DNA from: a virus | Taxonomy: Duplodnaviria > Heunggongvirae > Uroviricota > Caudoviricetes | Length of the DNA: 39,415 nucleotides | Direction: 5' to 3' (one strand) | IMG/VR virus record: IMGVR_UViG_2778261630_000006 | Coordinates: 1 to 39,415 of that record | Shown here: positions 1-11,104 of the stretch, piece by piece | Layout of the letters: each line of letters begins with the position of its first letter | Position numbering within the stretch: position 1 is the stretch's first letter | Notes under the pieces: generated by a model | Databases searched by the model: none | The model's input: only the letters and a program-made list of their open reading frames with translations | What the model was told of the DNA's origin: nothing | Made by a program: the position numbers and the translations under genes

Positions 1-288
1 CTACGATGCAAGAATCCATACCAATAAGCATCCGATAATTGGGAAAGAAAAATCCATCAGGCTTGCCACATCCCAAGCGCGCGGATCAAAACCGCCCCAC
101 CACGGCATATTCATTCGCTTGCCATGTCCGAACATTTCAATCCAGCGATATTCTGCCTGGGTATGTTCACGAGCGATGAAGAATGTACAACCGGCTATCG
201 CTCCGTAAGCCCAGTTTCCGGTAAAAAGACCAACCAGTACCTGTGCGACCACAGCGCAAAGTGCGTGATGAATTGGGGTTTTATCCAT
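1..288 (-). CDS. Hypothetical membrane protein, N-terminal part only; gene runs off the window start
   Basis: ATG at 286-288 directly abuts the tailspike stop (289-291). Hydrophobic segments in the translation. No homolog recognised. Confidence 0.4.
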   Translation of the reverse strand: MDKTPIHHALCAVVAQVLVGLFTGNWAYGAIAGCTFFIAREHTQAEYRWIEMFGHGKRMNMPWWGGFDPRAWDVASLMDFSFPIIGCLLVWILAS

Positions 289-2874
289 CTACTCTATCTC
301 TTTTGCTTTTTTAATTATCAATTCAAGCTCTGTTAAACGAGATTCAATACGTTCACACCTTCTTCGCTGGAATGCAGCCTCCAACCACAAACATTCATCT
401 GGACGCAATCCCCAACGCTCACCAGCATGTACAACCAGTTCCGTGTCACCAGTATCGTATTCTTCAAAGTATTCGTGAACGATGTCTTCTCCTTCAGGGG
501 ATTTAGCTATAAATGACACCTTGCGCTGTGCCATTACAGGTTGGTACTCATCATCCCATTTATCATGACATAGCAAGCCAAATCTTGTTCCATCTATCCC
601 CTTTGCAAGAAACGCATCTCTTACCTGCTGTGCAATTGCTCCGAAATGCCAACGAGCAGTATCCGAACCTTTAGCCTTAATATCGGACAACCACTGGTAA
701 ACGATAATATTTACGTCACCCCATGCGTCAAGAATTGCATCCTGATCCACCTCCATGATTTCTGAAAGTTGCTCTACTGTCAGTGGCTTTGTTTTCAATG
801 TCTGGTCTGAAGTATTTATTGCCCCATTAGTTGCATATACTTGCGTCCACCGTTTAGATGATGTCCCACATGATGACGTATTATCTTTATTAGCACTTAT
901 ATAGCCATTAACCTCCGCTGACTGACCGATATACGAATATGAAGATGTTGATAAGGGAGATTTAAATATCCATTGAGCATTGGTAAAGTCATAAATACCG
1001 GTATCACCTTTTTCACTAACATGAAAAGTTACATTCCGTAACGTATTCTTTGCATCATAACGGGCGGCTTGTGTTGTTGCCCTCGAAACAGTGAATCCTT
1101 TGTCATCAAGGTTTGCCTGCTCTATGACTTCACCACCAGGCATAATTTTACCAAGGCTTAACAAACCAGAGTTAGTGACAATATCATGGGTTGAATCAAT
1201 GATAATACCAGGCTGATTTCTTGATGTTGTTTTTACATGCATGACCTGTTGTGGCATTAATGTGTAAAATGTAGTTTCTCGCCCACTATCACCATCTGGT
1301 ATGCCATTTGTATTCCCCATTACAAGGTCATACCCACCTGCAATCATACGGAAAAACATTGCTTCTGGTTCATATGTAAGATTGCTAACATCTGGCGTTC
1401 CGGTATCATTTGGATCTGCTATTTCATAGGCTCTTCCTGCACCTGCCTGTATTTGCTGCACCCCAAGATAAACACCATCAAGTGTGTACTGATGCAAATA
1501 TTTTCTGGTTGAAGAATATGCAGATCCAGCCTGACAAAAATAAATAGCAGTACCGTCACACGCAACTGTTTGCATATCCCTCACAAAATCGGCAATTTCA
1601 AATTCAAAAGTTGCTTCATTACGATAATCGTAATTGTACGCCTGCGGGTTAATAAATTTGCTGGTATCAAATACTTTTACATAATAGCGAATTTGATCTG
1701 GTGTTGATGGGCTCTCACCAGGGCCAACATAACGTTTTGCTGTAGTAATCAGCCATCGACTCATAGGGTCGGTGCATAAAACATTTACCTGATTCTCGTA
1801 ACCATCTTCCCATATGAGAAAAAACTCTGGTTCAATTTCACCACCATCAGTAGGGGTGAATCTGGTGATATACTTTGCGCGATCCTCTCCTTTAGCTGTG
1901 CCAGCTAACCCCCATATCTGTAACTGGCCTCTTGTGTTACGAAAACCAACGCGCCCTATGGTTAAACCAAGACATTGATGTCCTAATTCTCTACTACCTT
2001 TAGTCTCCCAAAGAGGAGTTAACTCTTCATTCCCAAACCAATTATAAGCAACAACTTTATTAACTTCGTCACCAGAACTAACGCTGCCACTCACATTTAC
2101 CAAGCAATAAAGAACACTGTCATAATAATCAAGAACAGCACCCTGTATGACAGTATTTTTAATTGTTGCCAGTCGCAACCCTGACTTAACATGATTAGGA
2201 GTAGAAGGTCTGAAACCTGTATACATCCCCTTTTTTATAGTTTGTATTCTTTTTTCAGTAAAATCAGCATCTGGCAGTAATCGATTCTCTGTGCGAAAAT
2301 AGCCATTTATATACTTATTTCCATCAAAAACTTGATCTGTTATATATGTATTACCCCTTAGATCAACAATCCTTCCTGTGATTTGTTTTTCTAACTCTTG
2401 AAAAGATAATGTGTCATCGGTGATGCCATCACCTTTTGCTCCCCATCCGCGAGGGTCAGCGTCATCACGCCACCGAGACATCTGCAATTCATGATATTTT
2501 TTAGCACCTTCCGGGTCTTCTAATTGTTGTCTTAATTGGTCAGGATCGTACTTAAGCACATTCGGAAAATAGAACTGCTGCGTACCATATGCATCGTAAA
2601 CAGCCATAGAATGGCCTTGCACGGTAACGAATTTGGAAATCTGTCCGTTGTATACCGGGTATCCAGCAGCATTGATAACGATTGGCTGTGGCACCTGAAC
2701 ATAAGTACCATCTTCTCGTTCCAGATATACTGGAATCTGGTTTTCTGGATTTACCGGATCTGTGTCAATCTTACCGATATAAATTTTTCCATTTGCTACG
2801 GTTTTAAAAGAGCTAGCCATTGTGAAGAGTTGCGATGGCATACCTATCACAACATTTGGGGTTATATCAGGCAT
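289..2874 (-). CDS. Tailspike: P22 gp9-type head-binding N-terminus, pectate-lyase-like beta-helix body, C-terminal chaperone-like domain
   Basis: N-terminus MPDITPNVV...[21 protein letters not shown]...VLKYDPDQ matches the P22 tailspike N-domain. [11 protein letters not shown] motif downstream. C-terminal HFGAIAQQ segment. Start set at the second in-frame ATG (2874), which has an AGGA ribosome-binding site; the ORF extends in frame to 2967. Confidence 0.8.
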   Translation of the reverse strand: MPDITPNVVIGMPSQLFTMASSFKTVANGKIYIGKIDTDPVNPENQIPVYLEREDGTYVQVPQPIVINAAGYPVYNGQISKFVTVQGHSMAVYDAYGTQQFYFPNVLKYDPDQLRQQLEDPEGAKKYHELQMSRWRDDADPRGWGAKGDGITDDTLSFQELEKQITGRIVDLRGNTYITDQVFDGNKYINGYFRTENRLLPDADFTEKRIQTIKKGMYTGFRPSTPNHVKSGLRLATIKNTVIQGAVLDYYDSVLYCLVNVSGSVSSGDEVNKVVAYNWFGNEELTPLWETKGSRELGHQCLGLTIGRVGFRNTRGQLQIWGLAGTAKGEDRAKYITRFTPTDGGEIEPEFFLIWEDGYENQVNVLCTDPMSRWLITTAKRYVGPGESPSTPDQIRYYVKVFDTSKFINPQAYNYDYRNEATFEFEIADFVRDMQTVACDGTAIYFCQAGSAYSSTRKYLHQYTLDGVYLGVQQIQAGAGRAYEIADPNDTGTPDVSNLTYEPEAMFFRMIAGGYDLVMGNTNGIPDGDSGRETTFYTLMPQQVMHVKTTSRNQPGIIIDSTHDIVTNSGLLSLGKIMPGGEVIEQANLDDKGFTVSRATTQAARYDAKNTLRNVTFHVSEKGDTGIYDFTNAQWIFKSPLSTSSYSYIGQSAEVNGYISANKDNTSSCGTSSKRWTQVYATNGAINTSDQTLKTKPLTVEQLSEIMEVDQDAILDAWGDVNIIVYQWLSDIKAKGSDTARWHFGAIAQQVRDAFLAKGIDGTRFGLLCHDKWDDEYQPVMAQRKVSFIAKSPEGEDIVHEYFEEYDTGDTELVVHAGERWGLRPDECLWLEAAFQRRRCERIESRLTELELIIKKAKEIE

Positions 2875-3216
2875 ATTAGTCATCCTGTTTGAAGATTTAG
2901 ATATTGAAGAAAACGGAATGACTGCAGACAAAGATGCAATTGTTTTGAAAAATAACCTTCTATTCATTTAAAAACCATGTAACATGAACAAAACGATTAT
3001 TTTACAATACTCAAGAATCTTGATCAACAGGCATATTATTTATGCGCTTAATGCGTCACTTACAAAAATAAAAACAAGTAATACCTTTATTCCTATCGTC
3101 CATGATTTTTATTTTCAAACATTATTAAATAACAATTCCCATTTATAATATCTGTCATTTAATTTGCTCCAGATACAAGGAATCTCCGCAGCATGGCTAC
3201 GGTGAATTTTGGGCAT

Positions 3217-3239
3217 AAAAAAACCCAGCCGAAGCTGGG
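3217..3239 (-). terminator. Rho-independent terminator downstream of ant
   Basis: Plus-strand cccagc-cgaa-gctggg preceded by a run of seven A (a T-run on the minus-strand transcript). Confidence 0.6.
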
Positions 3240-3258
3240 TCGTTGCGTTGGTTATCTG

Positions 3259-4137
3259 TCAGTAGTTATGTACTGAAGGAGGTAATTCTTTATTCTTAAG
3301 TCTCATCCATGCGGAAAGATTCGTTGGTCCGTCTGGCTCATTGATATCAACATCTCGTGTGTGATTGATTAAAACGTCTCTCGCCATTCCGATAACATAC
3401 GAGAATTCATGACCGTAGTCGTAGCATCTGCCGGAATAGTTCGATTGAATTTGTTTTAATGCCGGATACAATTCGCGGAATAATGCCTGTGAACGGTTGG
3501 CATAATCCCATAGCCATACAAGGCTGTTTGCTTCTTTTGCAGAAAGCTCGTTGGTTTTCTTATCTTGTTTGCCAATGAACTCACCTTCAAGCACTACCCT
3601 GTGGATGTACTCTACGGCCAGCGGGATTTGTTCAATTGAAAGTTCATCAATGCTGTCAATACCAAAACGCTGATGAACCATATTGTATGCATCGTCATAG
3701 CGAAGTCCTTTCTTTCCTACCAGCATGTTTACTGCATCGCGTAGCGGTGTTCTTTCCTCAACAGTGGTTTTCTTGCCTTTCACATACTTGCCATGTTTGC
3801 GAATTGAAGGCAGAACTTCTGCTGTTACCCACTTGCGGAATTTGTGCGGGACTGAACCTTTATTGACGGCATCGCGGCAGCGCAGAACCAATGTATACAT
3901 ACCTGACTCGCTCACAATGCTTAGATTCTGCTCACCACCAAGGGTGTAACTTAAAGTTACTCCCTTTTCATCGTCATCAAGTGCAGTAAGCGCCTTGCGT
4001 GAGTTAGTCAAAGCTAAAGCATCACAAACATCTTTAGCTACAAACCACGGCTCGCCGCACTTGTTAATTACGCGGATTTCACTGTCGCCAAATTTGAAGA
4101 TGGTGAAATCGTTTTGTGCCTTTGCTATACTTTTCAT
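3259..4137 (-). CDS. ant: Antirepressor Ant
   Basis: Position after arc as in P22 immI; recognisable antirepressor sequence. Start at internal ATG 4135-4137 with AGGAAAT ribosome-binding site. Confidence 0.85.
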   Translation of the reverse strand: MKSIAKAQNDFTIFKFGDSEIRVINKCGEPWFVAKDVCDALALTNSRKALTALDDDEKGVTLSYTLGGEQNLSIVSESGMYTLVLRCRDAVNKGSVPHKFRKWVTAEVLPSIRKHGKYVKGKKTTVEERTPLRDAVNMLVGKKGLRYDDAYNMVHQRFGIDSIDELSIEQIPLAVEYIHRVVLEGEFIGKQDKKTNELSAKEANSLVWLWDYANRSQALFRELYPALKQIQSNYSGRCYDYGHEFSYVIGMARDVLINHTRDVDINEPDGPTNLSAWMRLKNKELPPSVHNY

Positions 4138-4205
4138 GTCAATATTTCCTAAGACGATTTGTTGATACCGAAGCCCTGACTGTTCCCGCAGTTGGGGCTT
4201 CAACT
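4138..4205 (+). ncRNA. sar: Candidate sar-like antisense RNA across the arc-ant intergenic region
   Basis: Extended -10 (TGcTATACT, 4123-4131) on the plus strand just inside ant; 13-bp hairpin with UUCC loop at 4170-4201 immediately after the arc stop. Ends not determined. Confidence 0.35.
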
Positions 4206-4367
4206 TTACGCGCCAATGCGTCCTTCCTTCTTAAAACTTTCCATTACTCTCTGATAAATCTCAGAGTTAACAGACCGACCATTCTCTTCCGCCACCTTGC
4301 GCACCAAATCCAATACTTCTTTAGGCCACCGCAAATTGAACTGCGGCATTTTGCTCATTCCTTTCAT
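4206..4367 (-). CDS. arc: Arc repressor (ribbon-helix-helix)
   Basis: Translation [53 protein letters not shown] is essentially P22 Arc. Confidence 0.92.
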   Translation of the reverse strand: MKGMSKMPQFNLRWPKEVLDLVRKVAEENGRSVNSEIYQRVMESFKKEGRIGA

Positions 4368-4383
4368 ATTCACCTCACAATAT

Positions 4384-4400
4384 GGGTCCACGGTGGACCT
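4384..4400. promoter_or_regulatory. Mnt operator (Omnt)
   Basis: Near-perfect dyad GGGTCCACGGTGGACCT in the arc-mnt divergent region, matching the P22 mnt operator as recalled. Confidence 0.65.
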
Positions 4401-4409
4401 ATTGAGAAT

Positions 4410-4430
4410 ATAGTAGAGTGCTTCTATCAT
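4410..4430. promoter_or_regulatory. Arc operator (Oarc) overlapping Pant
   Basis: ATAGTAGAGTGCTTCTATCAT matches the P22 arc operator as recalled. Confidence 0.65.
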
Positions 4431-4457
4431 GTCAATACACTAACTTGGAGTGATGGC

Positions 4458-4712
4458 ATGGCTAGAGATGATCCGCACTTTAACTTCCGCATGCCTTTGG
4501 AAGTAAGAGAAAAATTAAAATACAGAGCAGAGTCAAACGGTAGATCAATGAACTCAGAATTGTTGCAAATCGTCCAAGATGCTCTATCGAGACCATCTCC
4601 TGTAAAAGGTTATCGCAATGAAGCTGAACGATTAGCCGAGATGCAGGCTGAACAGTTCAAGTCTGTGGTATTTGAGACACTTAAAAACATGTATGGCAAG
4701 GATGCAAAATGA
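4458..4712 (+). CDS. mnt: Mnt repressor (ribbon-helix-helix)
   Basis: Translation MARDDPHFNFRMPLEVREKLKYRAESNGRSMNSELLQIVQDAL... matches P22 Mnt. Confidence 0.9.
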   Translation: MARDDPHFNFRMPLEVREKLKYRAESNGRSMNSELLQIVQDALSRPSPVKGYRNEAERLAEMQAEQFKSVVFETLKNMYGKDAK

Positions 4713-5290
4713 TCGATTACAACCCAGCAAAAAAAGAAGTCATTGCAGCTAAAAAGTGCCTAGAGCAGATGAAATCATCTACAAACCATGATGATTTTGA
4801 AATGCACTGGCGAGAATGTCTTGGGCATATAGAAAAGTCTTTCAGTAAGTTGCTCTGTGCAACAAAGCCGGTTAGTGGAAAATTTAGCAGCCACTTCAAC
4901 CAAAAGTTCATGCTTAGAAAAACAGACAAAACCCTTGCTTACCTTCACCAAGCAAGAAATGCTGATCATCATTCCACTATGGAAATCTCAAAACTTGAAC
5001 CTCCTTATACTACTCTTGGGGCATTTCCGGGAGCAAGAAGCCATTATATTAAAGAGTTAATCATTGATTCAACAGGTAAAATAGCAAAATACGAAGGCGA
5101 CCCTATGATAGTTGAGTTTCATCCAGCAACAACTATGCCTATAACCGTAAGAAACCAAGGCAAAGATTATCCACCTCCAACAGAACATCTTGGCGAAAAG
5201 CTTGTTGATATACATCCATCTGTTCTTGCCTATCTCGGTATACAATTTTATGAAAAATGGATAGATGAGTCGTGTGCAACGTTTAGATAG
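4709..5290 (+). CDS. Hypothetical protein, translationally coupled to mnt
   Basis: ATGA overlap with the mnt stop. 193-codon ORF in an AT-rich segment. No family recognised. Confidence 0.6.
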   Translation: MIDYNPAKKEVIAAKKCLEQMKSSTNHDDFEMHWRECLGHIEKSFSKLLCATKPVSGKFSSHFNQKFMLRKTDKTLAYLHQARNADHHSTMEISKLEPPYTTLGAFPGARSHYIKELIIDSTGKIAKYEGDPMIVEFHPATTMPITVRNQGKDYPPPTEHLGEKLVDIHPSVLAYLGIQFYEKWIDESCATFR

Positions 5291-5457
5291 TTATTTTTGA
5301 TAATTTCAAGTATTTCCTCTTGACTTTGATTTACCCAAACGTGATCACACTCATGAAACCAGATTATGCTTCCTGTTTCGCCTTGTGCAATATAGGTGAT
5401 CATGTTTTCATTAACAATTATTACTGAGTTATCATGTGCGCAATTTAGTTTTATCAA
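5248..5457 (-). CDS. Possible small convergent ORF (69 aa)
   Basis: ORF overlaps the 3' end of the 4709-5290 gene by 43 bp. Weak ribosome-binding site. Could be spurious. Confidence 0.2.
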   Translation of the reverse strand: MIKLNCAHDNSVIIVNENMITYIAQGETGSIIWFHECDHVWVNQSQEEILEIIKNNYLNVAHDSSIHFS

Positions 5458-5519
5458 TTCGCATATCCTATCGTGACAAAGTAACTAGAAAAACTAAAGA
5501 GGTTGGTGTGTCTGATTCT

Positions 5520-6002
5520 ATGAGTTACGCTGTGCTAGTTGCCGCAACTCTATTTATTGGGATAGGGTTGCAGATTGCGTGGTTCTTTTTCTCTAGTTTT
5601 ATTAAACGCAAAAGAATTGAATCAAGGATATCTGAGATTTCTATTGCTATAGGGAAAAATGCTGAAAATTCAGAGAATGAGGCCTGCGCACTGAATTACC
5701 TTAAAGAAAAGTTTTCCCCTGAAAAATTTGAAAATAGAATTACTGATGCTCTTGGATTGGTAATATCAGTAATTCATATGCCACTAAGTTTGCTGATAAC
5801 AGTGTGGTACTTCGCCATGATCGCCGGAAGAATATTTGGCTTCATGAATATAGAGCCTGTAGTTCTTTGGGTTCCAATGATACTGCAACTGTTGTTAAGC
5901 GTTGCTATCTTTATTTTTTCTGTTTTTATAAAAATTGTCTTTGGAAGATACCCCGGAGAAGCGAAGGGATTTAATAAAGAATTCATAAAAACTATAAAAT
6001 AA
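5520..6002 (+). CDS. Inner-membrane protein at the position of P22 sieA; candidate superinfection exclusion protein
   Basis: About 160 aa with an N-terminal transmembrane segment and a C-terminal hydrophobic cluster. Sits between gp16 and mnt. Start is ATG 5520 or upstream GTG 5508 (AGAGG ribosome-binding site). Confidence 0.55.
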   Translation: MSYAVLVAATLFIGIGLQIAWFFFSSFIKRKRIESRISEISIAIGKNAENSENEACALNYLKEKFSPEKFENRITDALGLVISVIHMPLSLLITVWYFAMIAGRIFGFMNIEPVVLWVPMILQLLLSVAIFIFSVFIKIVFGRYPGEAKGFNKEFIKTIK

Positions 6003-6024
6003 ATGCCGTCCTTGGCTTACAGTG

Positions 6025-7866
6025 CTACTGCCGGGTCGCTTCGTTAGCTAAGAGCGGGCGCACGGCAGTAGCCGCCTGATTTAGCGCTCTTTCATAGGCT
6101 GGTGTTCCTGCTTTGGTGTTTGCCAGACGTAAGAGCGCATTCCTTGCTGCTTTGGACTCATACAAACGCATCATTGCACCAAAACCAGCCTCAAGCCCCA
6201 TTGATACGCCAAGAGTCGCGGTTGCGCCAATCGTCCTTATCCTGTTGGCTTGCGATTGCCCCGTCTGAGTTACTACATTTGCGGTGTCTGACCTTGCTGT
6301 TTGCTGTAGAACTTCATGAAGAGCATCAAGCTCTTTCATATGCTTTCCAGAAAAAATAGTGTTGTAAATTTCACCACCTGACTGAGATTTCAGCTTATTA
6401 ACTTCAGTGATGAACTTGGCTGGAGAGTCACCGGCCTTTTCCGCTATTTTGCTGACGTAAGCTGCACGCATAGCATCTTTACCCTTATCATCCAATGCGC
6501 TCCAGATTCGTTTCACGTCAGATGGTTTTCTGCTTAATACAACGGTATTTATAAGTTCAGGGCTGGCTTCACTACTTGCCTTATTGAGCTTGTTAGCAAT
6601 GTTTTTATTAAGCACCTTATTATAAACGTTTGCATAATCGGAATTTGCTTTAAGGTATTTTGCTGCGTCTGATGCACCGAGGTTTTTAGCAACTGCGTTA
6701 CGAAGATCTTTTGACATTGCATTCTCTACCATATTGGTAGCTGCTTTTGCCTGGTTGGGGAAGACCATAGCATCTCCCTGAACATTAGATCGAAATGCTG
6801 TTCTGTGCTGACGCAAGAGATCAAACGTAACCTCCAAATCAGTTGCAGGGTTTGCTAATTCTTCACGTAGGTTACGTAAGGATGTAAGCAGGCTTTGATT
6901 GGCAGACGTCCCAAGCCGTTCCTGTCTTGCGATCGCTGTATTCAGAGCATTCATGGTATTTGTGGTATCAACTGCGGCATTACCCATTTTATTGGTGACG
7001 TCATTGATAACAGCGCCAGCGGCATCCTTCCGACCCCTTAACGTGGTGGTCAGAGATTTCACCACATCATCCGGGTTGTACTCACCAAAACGGTCAAAAT
7101 AATTACTTACCAACTTACTACGCGTTGCATATTGCTCCGCTCGCTTTGAGCCTGTCCCGAGCAAAGCCCCCTCGGCATCCTGAGTAAGGCCGCGAGTGAA
7201 AGCATTTTTCGGCGGGATAACATCAGATGTCATTGGTGTCACGCCCATCGATTCTGAGGTGGCAATTTTTTTCGCTACTTCTGGCGCGATATCGCCTTTT
7301 ATAGCCGTTATTCCACGCCCTATTCCCTTTGCTGCTGCGGAAAGAACACCCTGAGCGGCAAGGTTAACTCCGGCGTTTATGGCTGCATTTTGCGCGAAAT
7401 CACCTTTCTGGTTTGCGGCTTCTGCCAGTGATCCAATAGCCATGTTTCCTGCCGTTCCAACTCCTGGAACTAAATACCCGCCAATTGTTTCTCCAGCTTG
7501 CGCATAAGGGTCTGTTGGTCGATCTACTGGACGATAGACATCGTCCAAAACCTTGGGGCCACCAAGCCCCTGGCTGATTGCATTAATCAGACTTGCGCCA
7601 CCCTGCAATACGTCAAATGGTATGTTTACCAGACCACGACCAGCCTGTTCTGCAATTTGCCCTGCACTTTGACCACCAGTGAGCCAATCGCCAGCTTGTT
7701 GCATCAATGATGGTTCTTCACGTGCTGGTTCATTATTGACCTGATTAACTGTTTGTTGCTGAACAGCCTGACCAGCAAAATACTCATCAATGGCGGTGCC
7801 AATATCTTCCGTGCTCGTACCATCAGGGAAGGTAAATGTCTTACCGTTTGCAGTTACTTTCATCAT
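6025..7866 (-). CDS. gp16: Ejection (internal virion) protein, P22 gp16-like
   Basis: 613 aa at the gp16 position of the P22 late gene order. Confidence 0.8.
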   Translation of the reverse strand: MMKVTANGKTFTFPDGTSTEDIGTAIDEYFAGQAVQQQTVNQVNNEPAREEPSLMQQAGDWLTGGQSAGQIAEQAGRGLVNIPFDVLQGGASLINAISQGLGGPKVLDDVYRPVDRPTDPYAQAGETIGGYLVPGVGTAGNMAIGSLAEAANQKGDFAQNAAINAGVNLAAQGVLSAAAKGIGRGITAIKGDIAPEVAKKIATSESMGVTPMTSDVIPPKNAFTRGLTQDAEGALLGTGSKRAEQYATRSKLVSNYFDRFGEYNPDDVVKSLTTTLRGRKDAAGAVINDVTNKMGNAAVDTTNTMNALNTAIARQERLGTSANQSLLTSLRNLREELANPATDLEVTFDLLRQHRTAFRSNVQGDAMVFPNQAKAATNMVENAMSKDLRNAVAKNLGASDAAKYLKANSDYANVYNKVLNKNIANKLNKASSEASPELINTVVLSRKPSDVKRIWSALDDKGKDAMRAAYVSKIAEKAGDSPAKFITEVNKLKSQSGGEIYNTIFSGKHMKELDALHEVLQQTARSDTANVVTQTGQSQANRIRTIGATATLGVSMGLEAGFGAMMRLYESKAARNALLRLANTKAGTPAYERALNQAATAVRPLLANEATRQ

Positions 7867-9242
7867 TCCACCGTAAATTGAATGCCTGATTTTGACGTGT
7901 AGCTACCTCCTGCTGATTGCTGAGTAGCTGGCTGTTGCCTTGATGATTTCTTCCCGCCATTACCGACATTAACGTTATATTGCTGGTTGTAATTGTCGGT
8001 ATATTGCTGAATGTCGCGCATTGATTGTTGCAGTGCTTCAGGGCTTGAGAAATCAACCTGTGGCATACCTTGAAAATACATTTTTGCTTCTGCAACGGTG
8101 TTGATACCGGATGCCCCCATGTCTCTGGCTGCTGCAATGCCCTGATTCTGCATCTTTCCTTGGATTCGCTGTGCAGCGTTGTATAGTTTCCTCTGATCAC
8201 CACCAGATGCACGGCTACGAATATCTGCACCAAGAGCAGGAGAACCTGAAGAGCCTGTAATGCCAGTCATGAAGCCAAGATCGTCAATTGATGCACCAGA
8301 AATTGCATCAAGATCTTTCTTCATTGCGTAATTCTGCGCGCTTGCTGCCGATGTAGCCGGAGCGGCAATAGAGCCAGCAGGAACGCGAACCATATTCCCC
8401 TCGTTGTCGATACCTTCGTAGAACGCATTAGCCCCAGCGCCGTGAAGCTTCCCGCCTACCGTTACAGTTCTGCCATCTGCTAACTGAACTGTACGCTCAT
8501 TATTCCCAACCGCCCCTTTCATTGATGCTCTCTGCATCGATAAATCCTGACCGCGCATCGTGATATTCTGACCACGCGCTGTTAGCGCCTCGCCAGCCTG
8601 ATTGCTGCGGATTGTCTCTGCCAGTCTGCCTCGGTCAATCTCACGACCAGCTATCTTGTCCTGAACAGCAAACGCCTTTTCTGGTCCAAGCGCACCGAGA
8701 GACATAGTAGTCAGCATGTGTGATAGCTGCTCTGGATTCTGAATACCTGTCTGAATCATCCAGTCAGCATTCGCACCCACGCGATTTAACCTGTCCTTGT
8801 TGTCAGTAATGAATTTACTGTAGGCTTCCGGTCCCTGAGAAAGAGCGACGTTAGCCCTCATGGCTAAATCGCCCATATCGTTGCGTTGCTGCTCATTAAG
8901 ACCGGAAAACGCCTGTTGTGCCTGTGCAACAAACGCTGGATTTTCCTGGGCAAACTTAAATAGTCCCGATGGATCACCAGAAGCCCATGCATCAGCGTGA
9001 ACCTTATTGAACGCCCTAATAGCTTTCTGTTGCTGTTCCTGCTTATAAATATCAGCAACTCCAGCCAGACCACGTAACGCGGTCAGACCAACGTTATTTG
9101 CACCTGATCGAGCCAGTTCATTGTTTTCGCGGATCAGACCAAGCGTTGCGTTAATGTCGCTTGCCTTTGGCGCATTCTCATTTTGCGCACCGATGCCAGC
9201 AAGAAACCCACCAGAATTAATACCCTGTTGCCACGTAGCCAT
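7863..9242 (-). CDS. gp20: Ejection protein, P22 gp20-like
   Basis: 459 aa, Gly/Ala/Gln-rich, at the gp20 position. Confidence 0.8.
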   Translation of the reverse strand: MATWQQGINSGGFLAGIGAQNENAPKASDINATLGLIRENNELARSGANNVGLTALRGLAGVADIYKQEQQQKAIRAFNKVHADAWASGDPSGLFKFAQENPAFVAQAQQAFSGLNEQQRNDMGDLAMRANVALSQGPEAYSKFITDNKDRLNRVGANADWMIQTGIQNPEQLSHMLTTMSLGALGPEKAFAVQDKIAGREIDRGRLAETIRSNQAGEALTARGQNITMRGQDLSMQRASMKGAVGNNERTVQLADGRTVTVGGKLHGAGANAFYEGIDNEGNMVRVPAGSIAAPATSAASAQNYAMKKDLDAISGASIDDLGFMTGITGSSGSPALGADIRSRASGGDQRKLYNAAQRIQGKMQNQGIAAARDMGASGINTVAEAKMYFQGMPQVDFSSPEALQQSMRDIQQYTDNYNQQYNVNVGNGGKKSSRQQPATQQSAGGSYTSKSGIQFTVE

Positions 9243-9252
9243 TGATTACCCC

Positions 9253-9945
9253 TTAAAACAGTGAACCAAGCAGACCAAGACCAGCACCAATACCAGCACC
9301 CCACGGAGTTGATAGCTCGAGAGCACTGGCTATGCCACCACCCAAAAGCGCACCGGATGCAGCACCACTAACACCCTGCTGCAATGCTGACGGTCGGTTG
9401 GCGTTTGCCGCCGCCAGCGCCGCGCTTTGCTGTGAAATCTGACTCATGTTGTTGGCATATGTTTGCCCGGCGTTTGCCTGCCCCTGAAGAGCGCCAAGAC
9501 CGATATTTGCCAGGTTGTTGTAATTGTTCATTTGCCCAGATAGCCATTGCTGACCAAGCGTTGGTGCGATTGTTGCTAACTGATTACTGGTTGCGGTGGA
9601 ACCCAATCCACCTGTTGCTTCCGCTGCCGCCAGACTCTGATAGCGAGCCTGACCTGCAAGGTCTTTATACTGCTGAGAGTTGTAATACTGGTTAAGTGCC
9701 TGACCTTGCCCCTCCAGAGACGATAAGTTCTCGAGGCTGCCGACATACTTCTCAGCCAGAGGAGTAAACGGCTTCAGGTTATTCATGATGGTGTTGAACT
9801 GCTGATTTTGCAGGTCTGCGGCATACTTCTGAGCTTCTGCTGCATACTTTGCGCTTTTATCAGAACTGCCACCTTTCCCACCTTTTTCAGGGCAATAAGG
9901 TTCCTCGCCACGCAGTTTTCTGCCCAGCTTAAATGCATATAACAT
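9253..9945 (-). CDS. gp7: Ejection protein, P22 gp7-like
   Basis: 230 aa; N-terminus MLYAFKLGRKLRGEEP recognised as gp7-like. Confidence 0.8.
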   Translation of the reverse strand: MLYAFKLGRKLRGEEPYCPEKGGKGGSSDKSAKYAAEAQKYAADLQNQQFNTIMNNLKPFTPLAEKYVGSLENLSSLEGQGQALNQYYNSQQYKDLAGQARYQSLAAAEATGGLGSTATSNQLATIAPTLGQQWLSGQMNNYNNLANIGLGALQGQANAGQTYANNMSQISQQSAALAAANANRPSALQQGVSGAASGALLGGGIASALELSTPWGAGIGAGLGLLGSLF

Positions 9946-9947
9946 GG

Positions 9948-10403
9948 CTATCTCCTGTGATTCAGGAAGTCGATTAGTTCTTCGCGTGTGGCGCTGTAAA
10001 ACGTCACGTCATCCACGCCTTTGAAGTATTTCTTGATGGTTCCTACACGATTAAGGCCAATCATTGCGCAGTACATCTGCCCGTGGCGGAATTTGCGTGC
10101 AGCGAACGATGTGACACACTGAACAGTGGTGTTAGTCAGAATGTATCGCCAGAACGCCAGCCCGATTTCCTTGCTGAATCCACGAACCTCTGGCAGGTAC
10201 ATGGCGTGGCAATCGAATGTCAGCGGCTGAATCTCCTGATAGTAAACAATGCCGCCAAACTGACCGTGCACGTTCACCTCAAAGTAACGGCAATCAGGTT
10301 TGTAGTCGTATCCATCACCGTTGTTGCTCCCGGCGATGATGTCAGGGTGATTTCCTACTGCTTCGATCAGGTCGATGTTTCGCGTTGGTTTGAATGTAAT
10401 CAT
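9948..10403 (-). CDS. gp14: Tail accessory protein, P22 gp14-like
   Basis: Assigned by position between gp26 and gp7. Confidence 0.65.
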   Translation of the reverse strand: MITFKPTRNIDLIEAVGNHPDIIAGSNNGDGYDYKPDCRYFEVNVHGQFGGIVYYQEIQPLTFDCHAMYLPEVRGFSKEIGLAFWRYILTNTTVQCVTSFAARKFRHGQMYCAMIGLNRVGTIKKYFKGVDDVTFYSATREELIDFLNHRR

Positions 10404-11104
10404 CAGTCAATCAGCCCATGTAATCTAAGTGCCGTTTCAAGCGCCAGAATACGCTGCCGCGCCTGCTGCAAACCTGTAGCGAGAGCGGCGACTTCGGATT
10501 GCGTGTACGTAGTGCCGACAGTGTATGACTGGTTAGCGTTGAATGAGCCAAGAAGAGGTGTACCTGTGGCTGAAGTCCATCCGGTATTTCTTGCTCCAAC
10601 AACCTGAATTCCATCAACTGAATATGATGTTTTTACATCCAGCGGTGACGCAAGAGACTGCGATTCTGTTACGGTTTTCGATACGTAATCACTCTTAATG
10701 CCAGAGACATCGTTTTCTACGTCATCCAGTCTTTGGTCAACAGTGACCAGATGCCCCTGAATATCGATAACCTCATCCAGCAAGTAATCAACATCGCTAC
10801 GCAGTACGACTATCTTCCCTTCGGCGGTTGTTAACCTGACCTCAAGGAGATTTATCGCTTTTGTGTTTGCGGTGATTCTTGCATCGTGGTCAGCCAGTTC
10901 GACATCCTGTTCATCGTTTTTTACTTGGGCATCATAAGCGCCCTGACCAGCCTGATTTGCCTTTCCAGCAATTGCACCGACATCAGCCCCCTGATTAATG
11001 ACATACAGCAGGTAAGACTGGCTGAAGATATTGCGTGGAAGGATTGATGTATCGAGCCGCGTCGCCTGAACAATAACCGGTGTGTTGAGATTCGAATCAG
11101 CCAT
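10403..11104 (-). CDS. gp26: Tail needle, P22 gp26-like
   Basis: 233 aa; conserved N-terminus [25 protein letters not shown] and C-terminus ALRLHGLID. Confidence 0.9.
   Translation of the reverse strand: MADSNLNTPVIVQATRLDTSILPRNIFSQSYLLYVINQGADVGAIAGKANQAGQGAYDAQVKNDEQDVELADHDARITANTKAINLLEVRLTTAEGKIVVLRSDVDYLLDEVIDIQGHLVTVDQRLDDVENDVSGIKSDYVSKTVTESQSLASPLDVKTSYSVDGIQVVGARNTGWTSATGTPLLGSFNANQSYTVGTTYTQSEVAALATGLQQARQRILALETALRLHGLID

Noticed and set aside
2536-2892. Antisense ORF (118 aa) within the tailspike gene; likewise 10083-10607, 14154-14525, 16771-17127, 27544-28278, 28424-28681 and other ORFs nested in or antisense to large genes
   Set aside because: Fully contained within well-supported coding regions, lacking ribosome-binding sites, with compositionally odd translations. 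Treated as frame artefacts.
2875-2967. In-frame N-terminal extension of the tailspike ORF beginning [21 protein letters not shown], which resembles a twin-arginine (Tat) signal peptide
   Set aside because: No ribosome-binding site precedes that ATG, whereas the internal ATG at 2874 has one and aligns with the P22 tailspike N-terminus. Virion tailspikes are not secreted. Probably a chance upstream ORF extension.
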